Part shown: positions 26,340-36,962 of the stretch, piece after piece
How positions within the stretch are numbered: position 1 is the first letter of the stretch
Layout: each line of letters begins with the position of its first letter
Source: a virus
DNA length: 64,000 nucleotides
Strand: one strand, 5' to 3'
Virus record (IMG/VR): IMGVR_UViG_2718217965_000001
Translations under genes and position numbers: made by a program
Notes under the pieces: generated by a model
Told to the model about the DNA's origin: nothing
What the model saw: only the letters and a program-made list of their open reading frames with translations
Databases searched by the model: none

Positions 26340-26701
26340 TTGCTCCAATATTTGCAGTTTGCGCAGCCAGCCAGGCAGTCAGGGATTTGTTAGGCTCTAC
26401 TCCCGTGAGGCTTTATCCGTTCGGGATGCAGGACGACAATATCGTTTATCCCTATGCAGTCTGGCAAAACATAGGCGGCTCACCTGAAAATTATCTAAAC
26501 CAGCGGCCAGATGCAGATCACTATTCTCTGCAGGTTGATGTCTATGGTGATACTGACACCGACGTGATCGCCGTTGCCCGTGCTTTACGCGACGCGATTG
26601 AGGGCAAGGCCTATATCACCCGATGGGGTGAACAAAGCCGTGATCCTGAAACAATGCGATACCGCTATTCCTTCGATGTTGACTGGATAACGCCCAGATA
26701 A
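26336..26701 (+). CDS. Tail terminator (DUF3168-like)
   Basis: YP.AVW; LQVDVY; position. Confidence 0.8.
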   Translation: MIAPIFAVCAASQAVRDLLGSTPVRLYPFGMQDDNIVYPYAVWQNIGGSPENYLNQRPDADHYSLQVDVYGDTDTDVIAVARALRDAIEGKAYITRWGEQSRDPETMRYRYSFDVDWITPR

Positions 26702-26757
26702 CCAACAACCCCAAACTGACCCGCCTTGTGCGGGTTTTTCTTTTATGGAGACAAAAC

Positions 26758-27249
26758 ATGTCTGTATTAACGCAAGGCACGCAGTTTTTTGTGCTCAAGT
26801 CTGGCGTGGTCAGCGAGGTTGAATGCATCACCAGTTTCAACCCCGGCGGGAACCCTGCCGATCAGATTGAAGATACCTGTCTGAGTGAGCGGGATTCCAG
26901 AACATACAAAAAGGGGCTTAAAACGCCTGCGGCCGCAACCGTCGGGCTTAACGCTGATCCGACGAACGCCAGCCACATTATGTTGCATGGCCTCGCTGAA
27001 GCGAATGACCAGACGCCGTTAACTTTTGCGGTTGGCTGGTCAGATGGAACCAGTGTCCCGACAGCCGCCGCTCCTGGCGCTGAGGATGCTGTTGATGGAC
27101 TGGTGCTGCCATCGGATCGCACCTGGTTCATTTTCCAGGGTTACGTTTCTGACTTCCCGTTTGATTTTCAGGGTAACGCTGTTGTGACGACCTCCGCCAC
27201 GATCCAGCGGTCTGGCTCTTCCGTATGGGTGCCGAAGGCCGCAGCGTAA
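26758..27249 (+). CDS. Major tail tube protein
   Basis: GGAG RBS; TQGT, IEDTCL, F.GYVSDFP. Confidence 0.88.
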   Translation: MSVLTQGTQFFVLKSGVVSEVECITSFNPGGNPADQIEDTCLSERDSRTYKKGLKTPAAATVGLNADPTNASHIMLHGLAEANDQTPLTFAVGWSDGTSVPTAAAPGAEDAVDGLVLPSDRTWFIFQGYVSDFPFDFQGNAVVTTSATIQRSGSSVWVPKAAA

Positions 27250-27292
27250 TTAATATGCCCGGTTATCCGGGCTTTTCTATTCAGGAGCTGAA

Positions 27293-27646
27293 ATGCAACT
27301 TACTCTCGATACGTTAAAAGAAACCGGTGCCTTTACCGGGCGTCCCGTGGAAAAAGAAATTAAGTGGAAAGGCCGTGACGGGAAAGAGCATATCGCAACC
27401 GTCTATGTGCGCCCGATGGGCTACCACACCACTAAAGCTGAACTGCTGGCGTATAACGGGAAATCGGACCCGATTGCTGAGCGCATTGCGGCGCATATTT
27501 GCGATCAGGACGGCGCCCCAGTGTTTACTGCGGCTGACATTCTTGGGACTGCTACCCCGGATCGTGGGGCGCTGGACGGACCGATTGTTATGGCCCTCCT
27601 GGCTGCAATTCATGATGTAAACGAACTGGGAAAGACTACGAGCTAA
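27293..27646 (+). CDS. Tail assembly chaperone (G-like)
   Basis: Position; ends with the GGGAAAG slippery site. Confidence 0.88.
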   Translation: MQLTLDTLKETGAFTGRPVEKEIKWKGRDGKEHIATVYVRPMGYHTTKAELLAYNGKSDPIAERIAAHICDQDGAPVFTAADILGTATPDRGALDGPIVMALLAAIHDVNELGKTTS

Positions 27647-27942
27647 CCGGCGAGGATGAATTCTGGTGCGAACTGGTGATGAACGGCATCGGCGGCCGCA
27701 CTATCGCAGAGGCTCAGGAGCGGATGAGCCGTAGGGAATTTCTGGTTTGGCTCAAGTACCGTGAGAAGTACGGACCGCTCAATATCATGATGCGTACCGA
27801 GTGGGGGGCTTCGCTGGTGGCTTCTGTCCTGGCTAACATCAATAAGGCAAAGAACACGCCGCCGTTCAAGGTAAGTGACTTTGCACCGCACATCAACGAA
27901 GCGCCATTATCTCTGGAAGAGGCCATGAAAGCCTGGAACTAA
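27628..27942 (+). CDS. Tail assembly chaperone GT extension reached by a -1 frameshift
   Basis: G GGA AAG at 27628-27634; the -1 frame is open to 27942. Confidence 0.85.
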   Translation, partial: GKDYELTGEDEFWCELVMNGIGGRTIAEAQERMSRREFLVWLKYREKYGPLNIMMRTEWGASLVASVLANINKAKNTPPFKVSDFAPHINEAPLSLEEAMKAWN

Positions 27943-28006
27943 TTATTGTTTTTGCCTTTAAAAAATCCTGTTACCCTTTTGGTAACTATTATCACGAGGG
28001 AATGAT

Positions 28007-28474
28007 ATGAAGAGTTCAGGGCAGCTGTTATCGCTGGCAGGTATAATTCTCGCGGTGTACTCATTGTTCTTTATGGATGTGAGTGTTGAGGTTGGCGATG
28101 GTACAAGAGTTAATAATATTGGGCTAATGGCTCAACAGCAAAACTATTTATTAGTTGCGGTTGTTCTTTTTATTGCTGGTATCTTCATTTCTTTCTCAGG
28201 AAGAAAGAAGCCATTACAAGAAGTAGATTTCACTAAAATAGAATCTTTATCATCAGATGACTTTGTTTCTTTGAAAGATGGTGAACCATGCCTTAATATC
28301 TTGGCTGTAGACAATCTTGCAATGATGTTTTTAAAAAAACATGGTTCAAGTAGTGTTAATGATATCCTTTTCATGAATATGCCTTTAATCGATAGGTTAG
28401 AAAAAGGTCTCCCTGAATCACTAAGGAAAGATTTTAAATCTACCCTTAAAAGGAGGTTAAAGGACAATTGTTAA
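28007..28474 (+). CDS. AT-rich moron, two-TM membrane protein
   Basis: Two N-terminal TMs; terminator GCCCGC-TAAAA-GCGGGC plus a T run at 28481-28504. Confidence 0.8.
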   Translation: MKSSGQLLSLAGIILAVYSLFFMDVSVEVGDGTRVNNIGLMAQQQNYLLVAVVLFIAGIFISFSGRKKPLQEVDFTKIESLSSDDFVSLKDGEPCLNILAVDNLAMMFLKKHGSSSVNDILFMNMPLIDRLEKGLPESLRKDFKSTLKRRLKDNC

Positions 28475-28518
28475 AATAACGCCCGCTAAAAGCGGGCTTT
28501 TTTTCACTTGGAGAATTT

Positions 28519-30963
28519 ATGGCTGGCAAGTCACTGGGAACTCTGACTATCGACTTGGTTGCAAAAGTTGGTGGATTTGTTTCAGGGATGGATAAAGCTG
28601 AGCGTGCATCAGCCAAGTGGAGCAAGCAGGTACAAGATGATGTGGCAAAATCTAGTGCTGCACTAGCAGGTATAGGGGCAGCAGCTATTGCAGCTGGGTT
28701 GGCTGTTGGCGCATCCGGCTTTCAATTACTGAAATCCACATCTAGGCAAATAGCAGAAACTGACCGCTGGGCTAAATCATTACAATTATCTACCCAGGAA
28801 CTACTTGCTTGGCAGTTTGCAGCTGAAAAGGCTGGTGTCTCCGGTGACCAAATGGCTGATATCTTCAAGGATATTGGTGATAAGATTGGTGACGCGGTAT
28901 TAAATAAATCAGGTGAAGCTGTTGATGCGCTCAACGCTCTTGGATTATCTGCGGAAAAACTATCAAAAGTCAGTCCAGATAAACAATTGCTCGCTATCGG
29001 TGAATCTTTGGGGAAAATTAGTACTAATGCCGAGAAGACCACCATTCTTGAAAGTTTGGGTAACGACCTTTCAAAATTGCTTCCTTTGTTTGATAACAAT
29101 AACCAAAAACTCAAACAGTTTATTGACCTTGCTAAAGATTATGGTGTTGCTCCTGATCCATCCTCTATTGATGATTTAGTAAAGGTTAATCAACTTTTTG
29201 AAGATATGGAGGCTCAGGTTGCAGGGCTCAAAATTGAGATTGCAGCCGGATTGGCAAAAGTTGATCTAACTCCTTTGCAGGGCTCACTTGATAAGCTTCA
29301 TGACGTACTGACTGACCCCTTGGTTCTTCAAGGTATTTCTGATCTTGTATCGGAAGTCGCTCAACTTGCTGGATGGCTTGTAAAAGCAGCTGCAGGAGCG
29401 GGCCAACTAGCAGCCAGCACAGGAAACCGTTTTGCGGCGCTTAGTGGTAAGATCGACCTAACAAATATAGACCAAGTTAATGAACGTATTGAATATCTGC
29501 AAAAAATCCTTGAAGGGAAAAAAGGTTTCTACTCTCAAAGTGAGTCAATGTTTGGTTGGATTACAGGGGTAGATGACAGCGCTAAAGCACTAAACGATGA
29601 ACTGCAATCCCTTATAGAAACTAGAGATAAATTTTCTAAAGCTAGCAAATCGGTGCTACCCCTTCAGGTAGCCACTGTGGGAACGGACAACCCATTTTCT
29701 TTACCTCCTGGTGGTACGAACGGAAAACCTGTTAAAACACCAACAAGTAAAACAGAAAATGCTTTTAACAGCAGATTGCTTGATCTACAAAAACAAGCTG
29801 CTCTCATTGAAACTACTGGTAAAAAAACAGCTGAGGTTACAGAACTCGAAAAAATTAATTTTGATATTACCAGTGGCAATCTTAAAAAATTGTCAGAAGC
29901 TCAAAAAGAGCAGCTTCGAACTGCTGCAAAAGTCCTGGATTCTAAAAAGGAAGAGCTTAGGCTTAATCAGGAAAATGCCAGGGTTGCTGAATATGTTTCC
30001 GGTTTAGAAAAGCAGAATAAGTTAGTACGACAGGGATTTGATAATCAAATTGTTGGTCGTTATTCTGGAAGCCGTGAGCGTTCACGCATGCAGGATAATA
30101 ATGATATACAGCAGGACTTTGCTTCTCGACAGGATGACCTATTAAATCAGCTCCAATCTGGAGATATAGACCAAAGTCTTTACGATAAAAAGAAAGAAGC
30201 ATTACAGAATTCTCTTGATGAGAGACTTAAGATACAGGAGGAATATTATAAAAAGCAGGATGAGTTGCAAAATGATGGTGCTGCTGGTTTTATATCCGGA
30301 CTAGCAACGCAAATAGAAGCATCAATGGATTTATACACCAACATGCAACAGGTTGGTGCACAGGCATTTAGCACCTTAACGGATATGATTATTAACTGGG
30401 CAGAAACCGGAAAGTTAAATGTTAAAGATTTTGCTGCGACGTTTCTGCAATCTGTTGGTAGCACACTTCTTTCTTATGCTGCTGCCCAAGTTGCAATGGC
30501 GGGTCTGCAGGCCTTTACAGCAATGATCGGCGTGCCGTTTGTAGGCCCCGAAATAGCAGGACCGGCAGCAATAGCCGCAACTGCGGCGGCTGGAGTGCTG
30601 GCGATAGGAGTCGGTACAGCCCTGCAGGGCCAGGCTCACGACGGTATCGACTCTGTACCAGAAACAGGAACCTGGCTACTGCAGAAAGGTGAGCGCGTTA
30701 CGACTGCTAAAACCAGCGCCAAACTTGATGCCACTCTGGATCGAGTAGCAAACCAGTCAACAGGGGGGGCAACCTATGCGCCGAGTTTGAGTTTCTATGT
30801 CAACGGCGATCCCTCTGATGCTCAAATCGCCATGATGAAGAAAGCTGCATCCGATGGTGCTCAGATGGGGTATCAAAAAGCGGTTCAGTCTATTGCTACC
30901 GGGCAGGGTGATTTACATAGAGCTCTGATGGGGAAAACTACCTCGGGGAGGAAAATTAGCTGA
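28519..30963 (+). CDS. Tape measure protein
   Basis: 814 aa, helical; LGTLTIDL start; AHDG...LQKGERV. Confidence 0.93.
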   Translation: MAGKSLGTLTIDLVAKVGGFVSGMDKAERASAKWSKQVQDDVAKSSAALAGIGAAAIAAGLAVGASGFQLLKSTSRQIAETDRWAKSLQLSTQELLAWQFAAEKAGVSGDQMADIFKDIGDKIGDAVLNKSGEAVDALNALGLSAEKLSKVSPDKQLLAIGESLGKISTNAEKTTILESLGNDLSKLLPLFDNNNQKLKQFIDLAKDYGVAPDPSSIDDLVKVNQLFEDMEAQVAGLKIEIAAGLAKVDLTPLQGSLDKLHDVLTDPLVLQGISDLVSEVAQLAGWLVKAAAGAGQLAASTGNRFAALSGKIDLTNIDQVNERIEYLQKILEGKKGFYSQSESMFGWITGVDDSAKALNDELQSLIETRDKFSKASKSVLPLQVATVGTDNPFSLPPGGTNGKPVKTPTSKTENAFNSRLLDLQKQAALIETTGKKTAEVTELEKINFDITSGNLKKLSEAQKEQLRTAAKVLDSKKEELRLNQENARVAEYVSGLEKQNKLVRQGFDNQIVGRYSGSRERSRMQDNNDIQQDFASRQDDLLNQLQSGDIDQSLYDKKKEALQNSLDERLKIQEEYYKKQDELQNDGAAGFISGLATQIEASMDLYTNMQQVGAQAFSTLTDMIINWAETGKLNVKDFAATFLQSVGSTLLSYAAAQVAMAGLQAFTAMIGVPFVGPEIAGPAAIAATAAAGVLAIGVGTALQGQAHDGIDSVPETGTWLLQKGERVTTAKTSAKLDATLDRVANQSTGGATYAPSLSFYVNGDPSDAQIAMMKKAASDGAQMGYQKAVQSIATGQGDLHRALMGKTTSGRKIS

Positions 30964-31433
30964 TGGCAATTTCAACTAATCTCAATTACCCGAAGGATTA
31001 TCTCCCTTGCCCATTGAAGGAGAACTTTGGTCTTAAAGCGACTTCTCCGCTAAAAAGTACAGCGATGGTTACCGGCAGGCGGCGACAAAGGCGAGCTTAT
31101 ACTTCGGTTCCTACTCAAACGCCAGTTTCATGGATCTTTACTGATGGTCAGGCACAGCTTTTCGAAGCCTGGTACCGCGACATCATTACCGATGGGGCTG
31201 ACTGGTTCAACATGCCGCTCCTTACCCCTTTAGGTGCGCAAGATTATGTCTGTAGGTTTGTCGATATATACGAGGGACCGACACCAGAGGGCGGTAAATA
31301 CTGGCGATATAGTGCAACGCTGGAATTATGGGAGCGTCCAATCCTTCCGCCTGGCTGGGCCGAGTTCCCTGACTTCATTGTGAACAGCGATATTCTTGAT
31401 CTTGCAGTTAACAGGGAGTGGCCTGAAGCATGA
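30963..31433 (+). CDS. Distal/minor tail protein
   Basis: Follows TMP; G..RQRR; FEAWY...DG..WF. Confidence 0.8.
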   Translation: MAISTNLNYPKDYLPCPLKENFGLKATSPLKSTAMVTGRRRQRRAYTSVPTQTPVSWIFTDGQAQLFEAWYRDIITDGADWFNMPLLTPLGAQDYVCRFVDIYEGPTPEGGKYWRYSATLELWERPILPPGWAEFPDFIVNSDILDLAVNREWPEA

Positions 31434-31912
31434 CAATAATTAACAGGCTCTATGCCAGCAGCGGGCCGGAGGTGATCATTGAAACGCTGCAGATCACCGT
31501 TGGCTCAGATATTCACTACCTGTGCCAGGGGTACGAGGATATTACGGCGACGACGGAGAGCGGCGATACCGTAACGTTTACCGCCTGCGCGATTGACATT
31601 GCGCTGCCGGCGCGCAACGCGGACGGTACGCAAGATTTGAAATTCGCCCTGTGCAATGTTGATGGTGTTGTGTCCACGACGATCCGCAATGCCCTGGCTA
31701 ACAGGTTATCTGCATCGCTGACATACCGCAGTTTTATCTCCACGGATTTAGCCGCGCCTGCGGCGGTGCCGTATACGCTGAAAATCAAGTCGGGTTACTG
31801 GACGGCAACAGAGGTTCAGATCACCGCGGGCTATATGAATGTCCTTGATATGGCCTGGCCGCGTTACCGCTACACGCTCCCTGTCTTCCCCGGACTACGT
31901 TATATCAGCTAA
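31430..31912 (+). CDS. Minor tail protein (DUF1833-like)
   Basis: RLYAS...IETL start; FPGL end. Confidence 0.8.
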   Translation: MTIINRLYASSGPEVIIETLQITVGSDIHYLCQGYEDITATTESGDTVTFTACAIDIALPARNADGTQDLKFALCNVDGVVSTTIRNALANRLSASLTYRSFISTDLAAPAAVPYTLKIKSGYWTATEVQITAGYMNVLDMAWPRYRYTLPVFPGLRYIS

Positions 31913-31922
31913 GGAATCCATC

Positions 31923-32303
31923 ATGTTTAACCCTGATAAATACCGTTCAGTCACCTGGCTGAAGGGCGGTCGCGTATATCCGCAGCTCGACTGCTTCGGC
32001 ATTGTGAACGAGATACGCCGGGATTTGGGCTTGCCTCTCTGGCCTGATTTTGCCGGGGTCACGAAAGACGACGGCGGCCTCGACCGGGAGGCGCGTCAAA
32101 TGATGCTTACCCTGGAACGCTGCGAGCCCTGTGAAGGGGCTGGCGTGGCCTGTTATTCCGGCTCAGCCGTCACCCATGTGGGGATTGTCGTCAGTATTGA
32201 TGGCCTGCTGCATGTGGCGGAATGCAATCCAGGTTCTAACGTAACGTTTCTGCCGTTAGCGCGGTTTAAGCGGCGATTTGTCAAAGTGGAGTTCTGGCAA
32301 TGA
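31923..32303 (+). CDS. NlpC/P60-like tail assembly protein
   Basis: GGR...LDCFG...HVGIV...H. Confidence 0.82.
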   Translation: MFNPDKYRSVTWLKGGRVYPQLDCFGIVNEIRRDLGLPLWPDFAGVTKDDGGLDREARQMMLTLERCEPCEGAGVACYSGSAVTHVGIVVSIDGLLHVAECNPGSNVTFLPLARFKRRFVKVEFWQ

Positions 32304-32440
32304 CCATTCGTTTTTACCCGTCCCGGCTTCCCGGTGAACCTCTCGAAACGCATGAGCATGGTGTAACCAGTATTCGCAACTGGCTGGCGGTGAATGTTGA
32401 AGGTTACGAGGATCGGGATGTGCCGCCGCTGACCTGTTAA
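32300..32440 (+). pseudogene. 5' fragment of the tail-tip/host-specificity (J-like) gene, cut by the Mu-like insertion
   Basis: MTIRFYPSRLPGEPLETHEHG...DVPPLT then TGT TAA; composition and gene content change abruptly at 32435. Confidence 0.8.
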
Positions 32441-32580
32441 GAGGGAAATCATTTGATATTACCGGGAAGAGAAGGAATTTAACGGGAATCCGCGGGATTA
32501 CTGGCTTCACCCTGTTTGGGTATTTGATACCAGTCAAAGAGAAATTGAGCCGATCGGCAAAACTTTTGATACTGTTGCTT
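32435..32580 (+). repeat. Mu-like left end with candidate transposase-binding repeats
   Basis: Terminal TG; TTTGATA core at about 32452, 32523 and 32565. Confidence 0.45.
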
Positions 32581-32666
32581 AAAAGCCTTCATTGGTCAAA
32601 AGGCGGTGTTCAAAACCAATTCTATCACACTTCAAAATAACAAGCCGGTTTTACCGACAGCAAACT

Positions 32667-33230
32667 TTAACCGGCCTTTTTGGTTGTTTCAGGAAGGTCT
32701 GTTTTGGCTATGCCTTGATCGCTCTCAGATGACCCTTTTTTCAGTTGCTCATTAAGCCTCAGTAAGCGCTCTTTCTCATCTAGACTCAGCCCCATCAGGG
32801 TTCTGTCTGCTTCTGCTATTGAGGCAATAAGCCCCACCATGCTTCGCGCACCTTCTTTCAAACAATAATCGAGGACTTCTTTCTGTTCTTCAGGTCCCAG
32901 AGTATCAAAAATCATGTTCCAAGTGCTTTTGATTGGGTCGATATACACGTTCCGGGCCTCTTCATTAGCCCTTACTTGACTCAAATTGGAATCAACACCA
33001 AAGGCCAGCCAGTCCAGTGTTACCTGCTCTTTTGATGCGATTGCTTGCATAGCTGAAAAAGAGGGTTCAGTCCCTCTAGATAGATAGTTATTAAGTGTAG
33101 AGAAAGATAACCCCCAATCCTTAGCTGCTGCCCTGACGCTGCGGTTTCCTACTAGCGATTTCAGTCTCTTGATAAAGCTTTCTTTTCTGCCTTCATCAAA
33201 AGCAATTTCATTTGCTTTTCCAGTAGCCAT
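32667..33230 (-). CDS. Mu-like phage repressor
   Basis: SVRAAAKDWGLSFSTLNNYLSRGTEPS HTH; divergent from ner. Confidence 0.85.
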   Translation of the reverse strand: MATGKANEIAFDEGRKESFIKRLKSLVGNRSVRAAAKDWGLSFSTLNNYLSRGTEPSFSAMQAIASKEQVTLDWLAFGVDSNLSQVRANEEARNVYIDPIKSTWNMIFDTLGPEEQKEVLDYCLKEGARSMVGLIASIAEADRTLMGLSLDEKERLLRLNEQLKKGSSESDQGIAKTDLPETTKKAG

Positions 33231-33243
33231 TTTCTTTCCCGTT

Positions 33244-33256
33244 TAACGCATTGATT
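33244..33256 (-). promoter_or_regulatory. IHF site in the repressor-ner intergenic region
   Basis: AATCAATGCGTTA matches WATCAANNNNTTR; Mu has an IHF site in this region. Confidence 0.6.
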
Positions 33257-33411
33257 ATAAAAGAGATGATTCAAATTAGACTCACTAAATCACATCAAGA
33301 CAAAAGAAAGATTCATATTTGCTTTACGTGATGCTTATTTGGATCAATACTATTCCTACGGATAACCCCGCCGGATTACTCCGACGGATAACTTTTAAGA
33401 GTAAACGAACT

Positions 33412-33636
33412 ATGGAAAGAAATGAAGTGCGTGACTGGCATCGCATTGACATTGTCGCCGAGCTTCACAAGCGCGGCGTGACAATGCGCAGCCTTTCCAC
33501 CAGTGCCGGGCTAAGCCCCGACACGCTGAAAAATGCGCTGGCTCGTTCATATCCTAAAGGTGAGCGCATTATTGCGAGTGCTCTCAATCTGGAACCCTCT
33601 TCAATCTGGCCAAGCCGATACAACAAGGATTTGTGA
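33412..33636 (+). CDS. ner: Ner-like regulator
   Basis: DWH..DI.AEL.KRG...YPKGERIIA...IWPSRY. Confidence 0.92.
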   Translation: MERNEVRDWHRIDIVAELHKRGVTMRSLSTSAGLSPDTLKNALARSYPKGERIIASALNLEPSSIWPSRYNKDL

Positions 33637-35732
33637 TCATGTTTGTCACTGTGAATGAATTAGTTGGCCTTCCCGGTTTGCCCGGCACTCAGCAGGGGAT
33701 TCGCGGAATGATGAACAAGCGGACAGCCGACGCGCCAACTCTTGTGCGCAAACGTCAGGGTACAAAGGCTTTCGAATATCACATTGACTGCCTTCCTGAC
33801 TCTGCTCAGAAAGCGCTACGTGCTCGCCAGATAAAAGAACTGATGAACGGTTCACCGAAAGAGCTGCCTGTCGCCCCTGTTACCGAATCGACTGCGCCAC
33901 GCGTCAAAGGTGCCGAGGAAAGCAAAATCGCGGTGTACCGCAAATGCCCGGCGCTGATGGAGCAGAAGCTGAACGGTCTGACAGCAGCACAGCGCCAAAC
34001 TGCTGACGCGCGTATGGCGCTGGTCGTTGAAGTGCTGCGCCTCGGTGAACTGCCGGGATACAGCCGGGCAAAAGCTATTCGCGAGATCGTGCGTCAGGCT
34101 CAGAGTGGTGAACTACCTGAGCGGCTGGCCGCTGCCGTCTCAATGGCGAACGCCAAAAAAGGAGCGTCACGGTCGCTGAGTGAAATATCACTCAAGCGCT
34201 GGGTGGCGGATTTTAATAAGACTCGTTCCGCCGCTGAACGTCTTCTTTTGCTTGCTCCGGGCAAACGTCAGGTTGTTAAGCCTGAAGAAATCAGATGGTT
34301 GCCCGAGTTCCTGAGCTTTTATCGTCGGCCTGACGGGCGCGGTATTCAGGAGGCATACGATGATTTTGCTGCTGAATGGGCTGAGCGGTATCAGGATGAT
34401 GCCCTGATGGCCGCAGCAATCCCTTCTTACGATCAAGTGTGTTATGCCATGAATAAATTACCGGTAGTGGTTAAACAGAAAGGCCGTATCACCGGAAGCG
34501 AGTTCCGCCAGTATGAGGGATTTGTCCGCCGTGACTGGGAGTCACTTCCGGTTAATTACGTCTGGATTGGTGACGGCCACGGCATGAAGATGAAAGTCGC
34601 CCATCCTGACCACGGCAACCCGTTCTCGCCGGAGGTGACGTTTATCCTGGATGGTAGCTGCCGTTATATTGTCGGCTGGAGTCTGGCGTTGTCTGAAAGT
34701 GTGATAGCCGTTGCCGACGCCCTGCGCCACGGCATCAAAAACCATGGCAAGCCGTTCCTCTACTATTCCGATAACGGTGGTGGTTAGACCAACAATACCT
34801 TCGATGCGGAGCTGACCGGTATTCTTCCCCGCCTCGGAATTGATCACCGGCTGGGTATCCCTGAAAACCCGCAGGGGCGAGGGATTATCGAGCGCCTTAA
34901 CCGTTCGCTGGCCATGCGTATATCACGCCAGTTCGCTACCTATTACGGCACCGGCGCAGACCGTGGCACCGTTCGCCGCATGACAAAAGCGCTGCAGTCG
35001 GCAACGAATGCAGCGAACAAAGGGAAGGAGCTGACGGCAAAACAACAGCAGACCCTGCGCGATCTGCCGTCATGGGAATCACTCATTGAGCACATTGAGG
35101 CCGGTGTGGAGTGGTACAACAACCGCCCGCATGAGTCTCTGCCGCTTCGTGGTGATTGTGAGCACTTCACTCCGGCGCAGTTCCGCCGCTATAAGCTGGA
35201 GAAAGAAGCGACAGAAATCGAGTGGCTGTCTGAGCTTGAGCTGCGCGAGATGTTCATGCCGCAGATAGAGCGTACCGTCAACCGCTGTGAGGTCCGTTTA
35301 TTCAATAACCTGTATTACTCCGCTGAGTTGAATAACGAGCACGGTAATAAAGTGCTGGTTAATTACGATATTCACGACGCAACAAAGGTTGTAATTCGTC
35401 GTCTGGATGGTTCCTTTATTTGTGAGGCTGTCTGGGATGGTAATAAACAGCAGGCATTCCCGGTCACTGCTGAATATCACCAACGCCAGCAACGCATCAA
35501 AGGGATGCGCCAGCGTGGCGAGGAGAAAGTCCGTCTGGCCGAGGCTGAGAACGTCCACACCCTGCCTGCTCCGGCGGAGCAGGAATGGCTGCATGGCAAC
35601 GTCTATCGCCCCACTCGCGGTACGAAACCGGTGGCGCTGGCTGAAGTGGAGGATGCGGAATACAGCGAGGATGAATATCTGAATAACTCGCTGGATATTC
35701 TGGAATCAAATAAGCGTAAAAACGCGATTTAA
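33633..35732 (+). pseudogene. MuA-like DDE transposase with an in-frame amber stop
   Basis: WIGDGH, YSDNGGG-TAG(34785-34787)-TNNTF...GRGIIER; both halves in one frame, 699 codons. Confidence 0.92.
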
Positions 35733-35768
35733 AACCATTTAAATACCCTTCAAATAATGGAGTGAATT

Positions 35769-36716
35769 ATGTCTGAGGTGAATATTCCCGATATTCGCGA
35801 GGTTCTGCGCAACCTTGTCGATGGTAACCGCTTTACTTTTGCTCAGGTTGCCCGTGAAACCGGCTTATCAACCGGTGTGGTCAGTGGCTTCATGAACAAC
35901 AAATATGCCGGTGATAACGACCGCGTCGAGAAAGCCCTGCAGCGCTGGGTCAATAAACAGCATTCTGCTGCAGAACTGCCGGAGCCGCCGCGCTTTATTG
36001 AGACCCCAACCGTTAAACAAATATGGACAGCCTTCCGCTATGCGCACCTGACGGAGTGCATCGGCGTGGTCTGCGGTAACCCCGGTGTCGGCAAGTCAGA
36101 AGCCGCCCGCGAATATCGCCGCAGTAACGATAACGTCTGGATGATAACGATCACCCCTTCATGTGCCAGTGTGCTGGAGTGCCTGACCGAGCTGGCATAT
36201 GAACTCGGGATGAATGATGCGCCTCGCCGTAAGGGGCCGCTGGCCCGCGCACTACGTCGCCGTCTTGATGGCACTCAGGGCCTTGTCATCATTGATGAAG
36301 CCGACCATCTGGGTGCTGAAACGCTCGAAGAGCTGCGTCTGTTGCAGGAAGCTACCCGCGTCGGACTGGTGCTGATGGGTAACCACCGCGTATACAGCAA
36401 CATGACCGGCGGTAACCGTACCGTTGAGTTCGCCCGTCTGTTCTCCCGTATCGCCAAACGTGTCGCTATTAACAAAACCAAAAAGGCCGATGTGGCCGCG
36501 ATTGCGGATGCCTGGCATATCACCGGTGAAAAAGAGCGTGATTTGCTCCAGCAGATCGCACAGAAGCCCGGCGCACTGCGTATCCTTAGCCACTCCCTGC
36601 GGCTGGCGGCGATGACGGCTCACGGCGCGGGTGAAGCTGTCAGCGAAAGCTACATTCGCAAGGCACTGCGTGATCTGGATCTGGATGTTGATGTTTCAAC
36701 GTTACTGAGGGGTTAA
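35769..36716 (+). CDS. MuB-like AAA+ ATPase
   Basis: N-terminal HTH; GNPGVGKS; IIDEADHL. Confidence 0.95.
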   Translation: MSEVNIPDIREVLRNLVDGNRFTFAQVARETGLSTGVVSGFMNNKYAGDNDRVEKALQRWVNKQHSAAELPEPPRFIETPTVKQIWTAFRYAHLTECIGVVCGNPGVGKSEAAREYRRSNDNVWMITITPSCASVLECLTELAYELGMNDAPRRKGPLARALRRRLDGTQGLVIIDEADHLGAETLEELRLLQEATRVGLVLMGNHRVYSNMTGGNRTVEFARLFSRIAKRVAINKTKKADVAAIADAWHITGEKERDLLQQIAQKPGALRILSHSLRLAAMTAHGAGEAVSESYIRKALRDLDLDVDVSTLLRG

Positions 36717-36720
36717 CACC

Positions 36721-36960
36721 ATGATTACTGAACGTATTGCTGAACATGTTGGTATGGCCACCGCTGCGCAGGCATGGCTGCAGGCGCGCGGTAGTCGTGT
36801 TACGGAGATGCGGGTGTGGATGCGCCGCCCATGTCTGGAAATCACCTGTCCGCCGACTGAACTGGTGAACAGGGCTAATCATCTGATTGAACGCTGCCCC
36901 ACCGGGACCCGTTCCGTGTGGATGGCCACCCTTGAAGGCTGTCATGTTATCTGGAGGTAA
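36721..36960 (+). CDS. Hypothetical protein
   Basis: GAGG RBS; ends GCHVIW. Confidence 0.7.
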   Translation: MITERIAEHVGMATAAQAWLQARGSRVTEMRVWMRRPCLEITCPPTELVNRANHLIERCPTGTRSVWMATLEGCHVIWR

Positions 36961-36962
36961 GT

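Larger units (their letters stand above)
1..32434. mobile_element. Lambdoid (HK97/SfV-like, cos-type) prophage; left end outside the window, interrupted on the right by a Mu-like prophage
   Basis: Canonical order int-xis-early left-cI/cro/cII-replication-nin-Q-lysis-HNH/terS/terL-portal-protease-capsid-tail. Confidence 0.97.

Noticed and set aside
1551..34787. Two in-frame TAG codons as stop-codon reassignment
   Set aside because: TAG is used as a normal stop elsewhere (for example 12495), the only tRNA is Gly(TCC), and the TraR gene also has a frameshift.
34914..35732. 272-aa ORF as an independent gene
   Set aside because: Same frame as the MuA N-terminal half, no RBS; it is the post-stop remainder.
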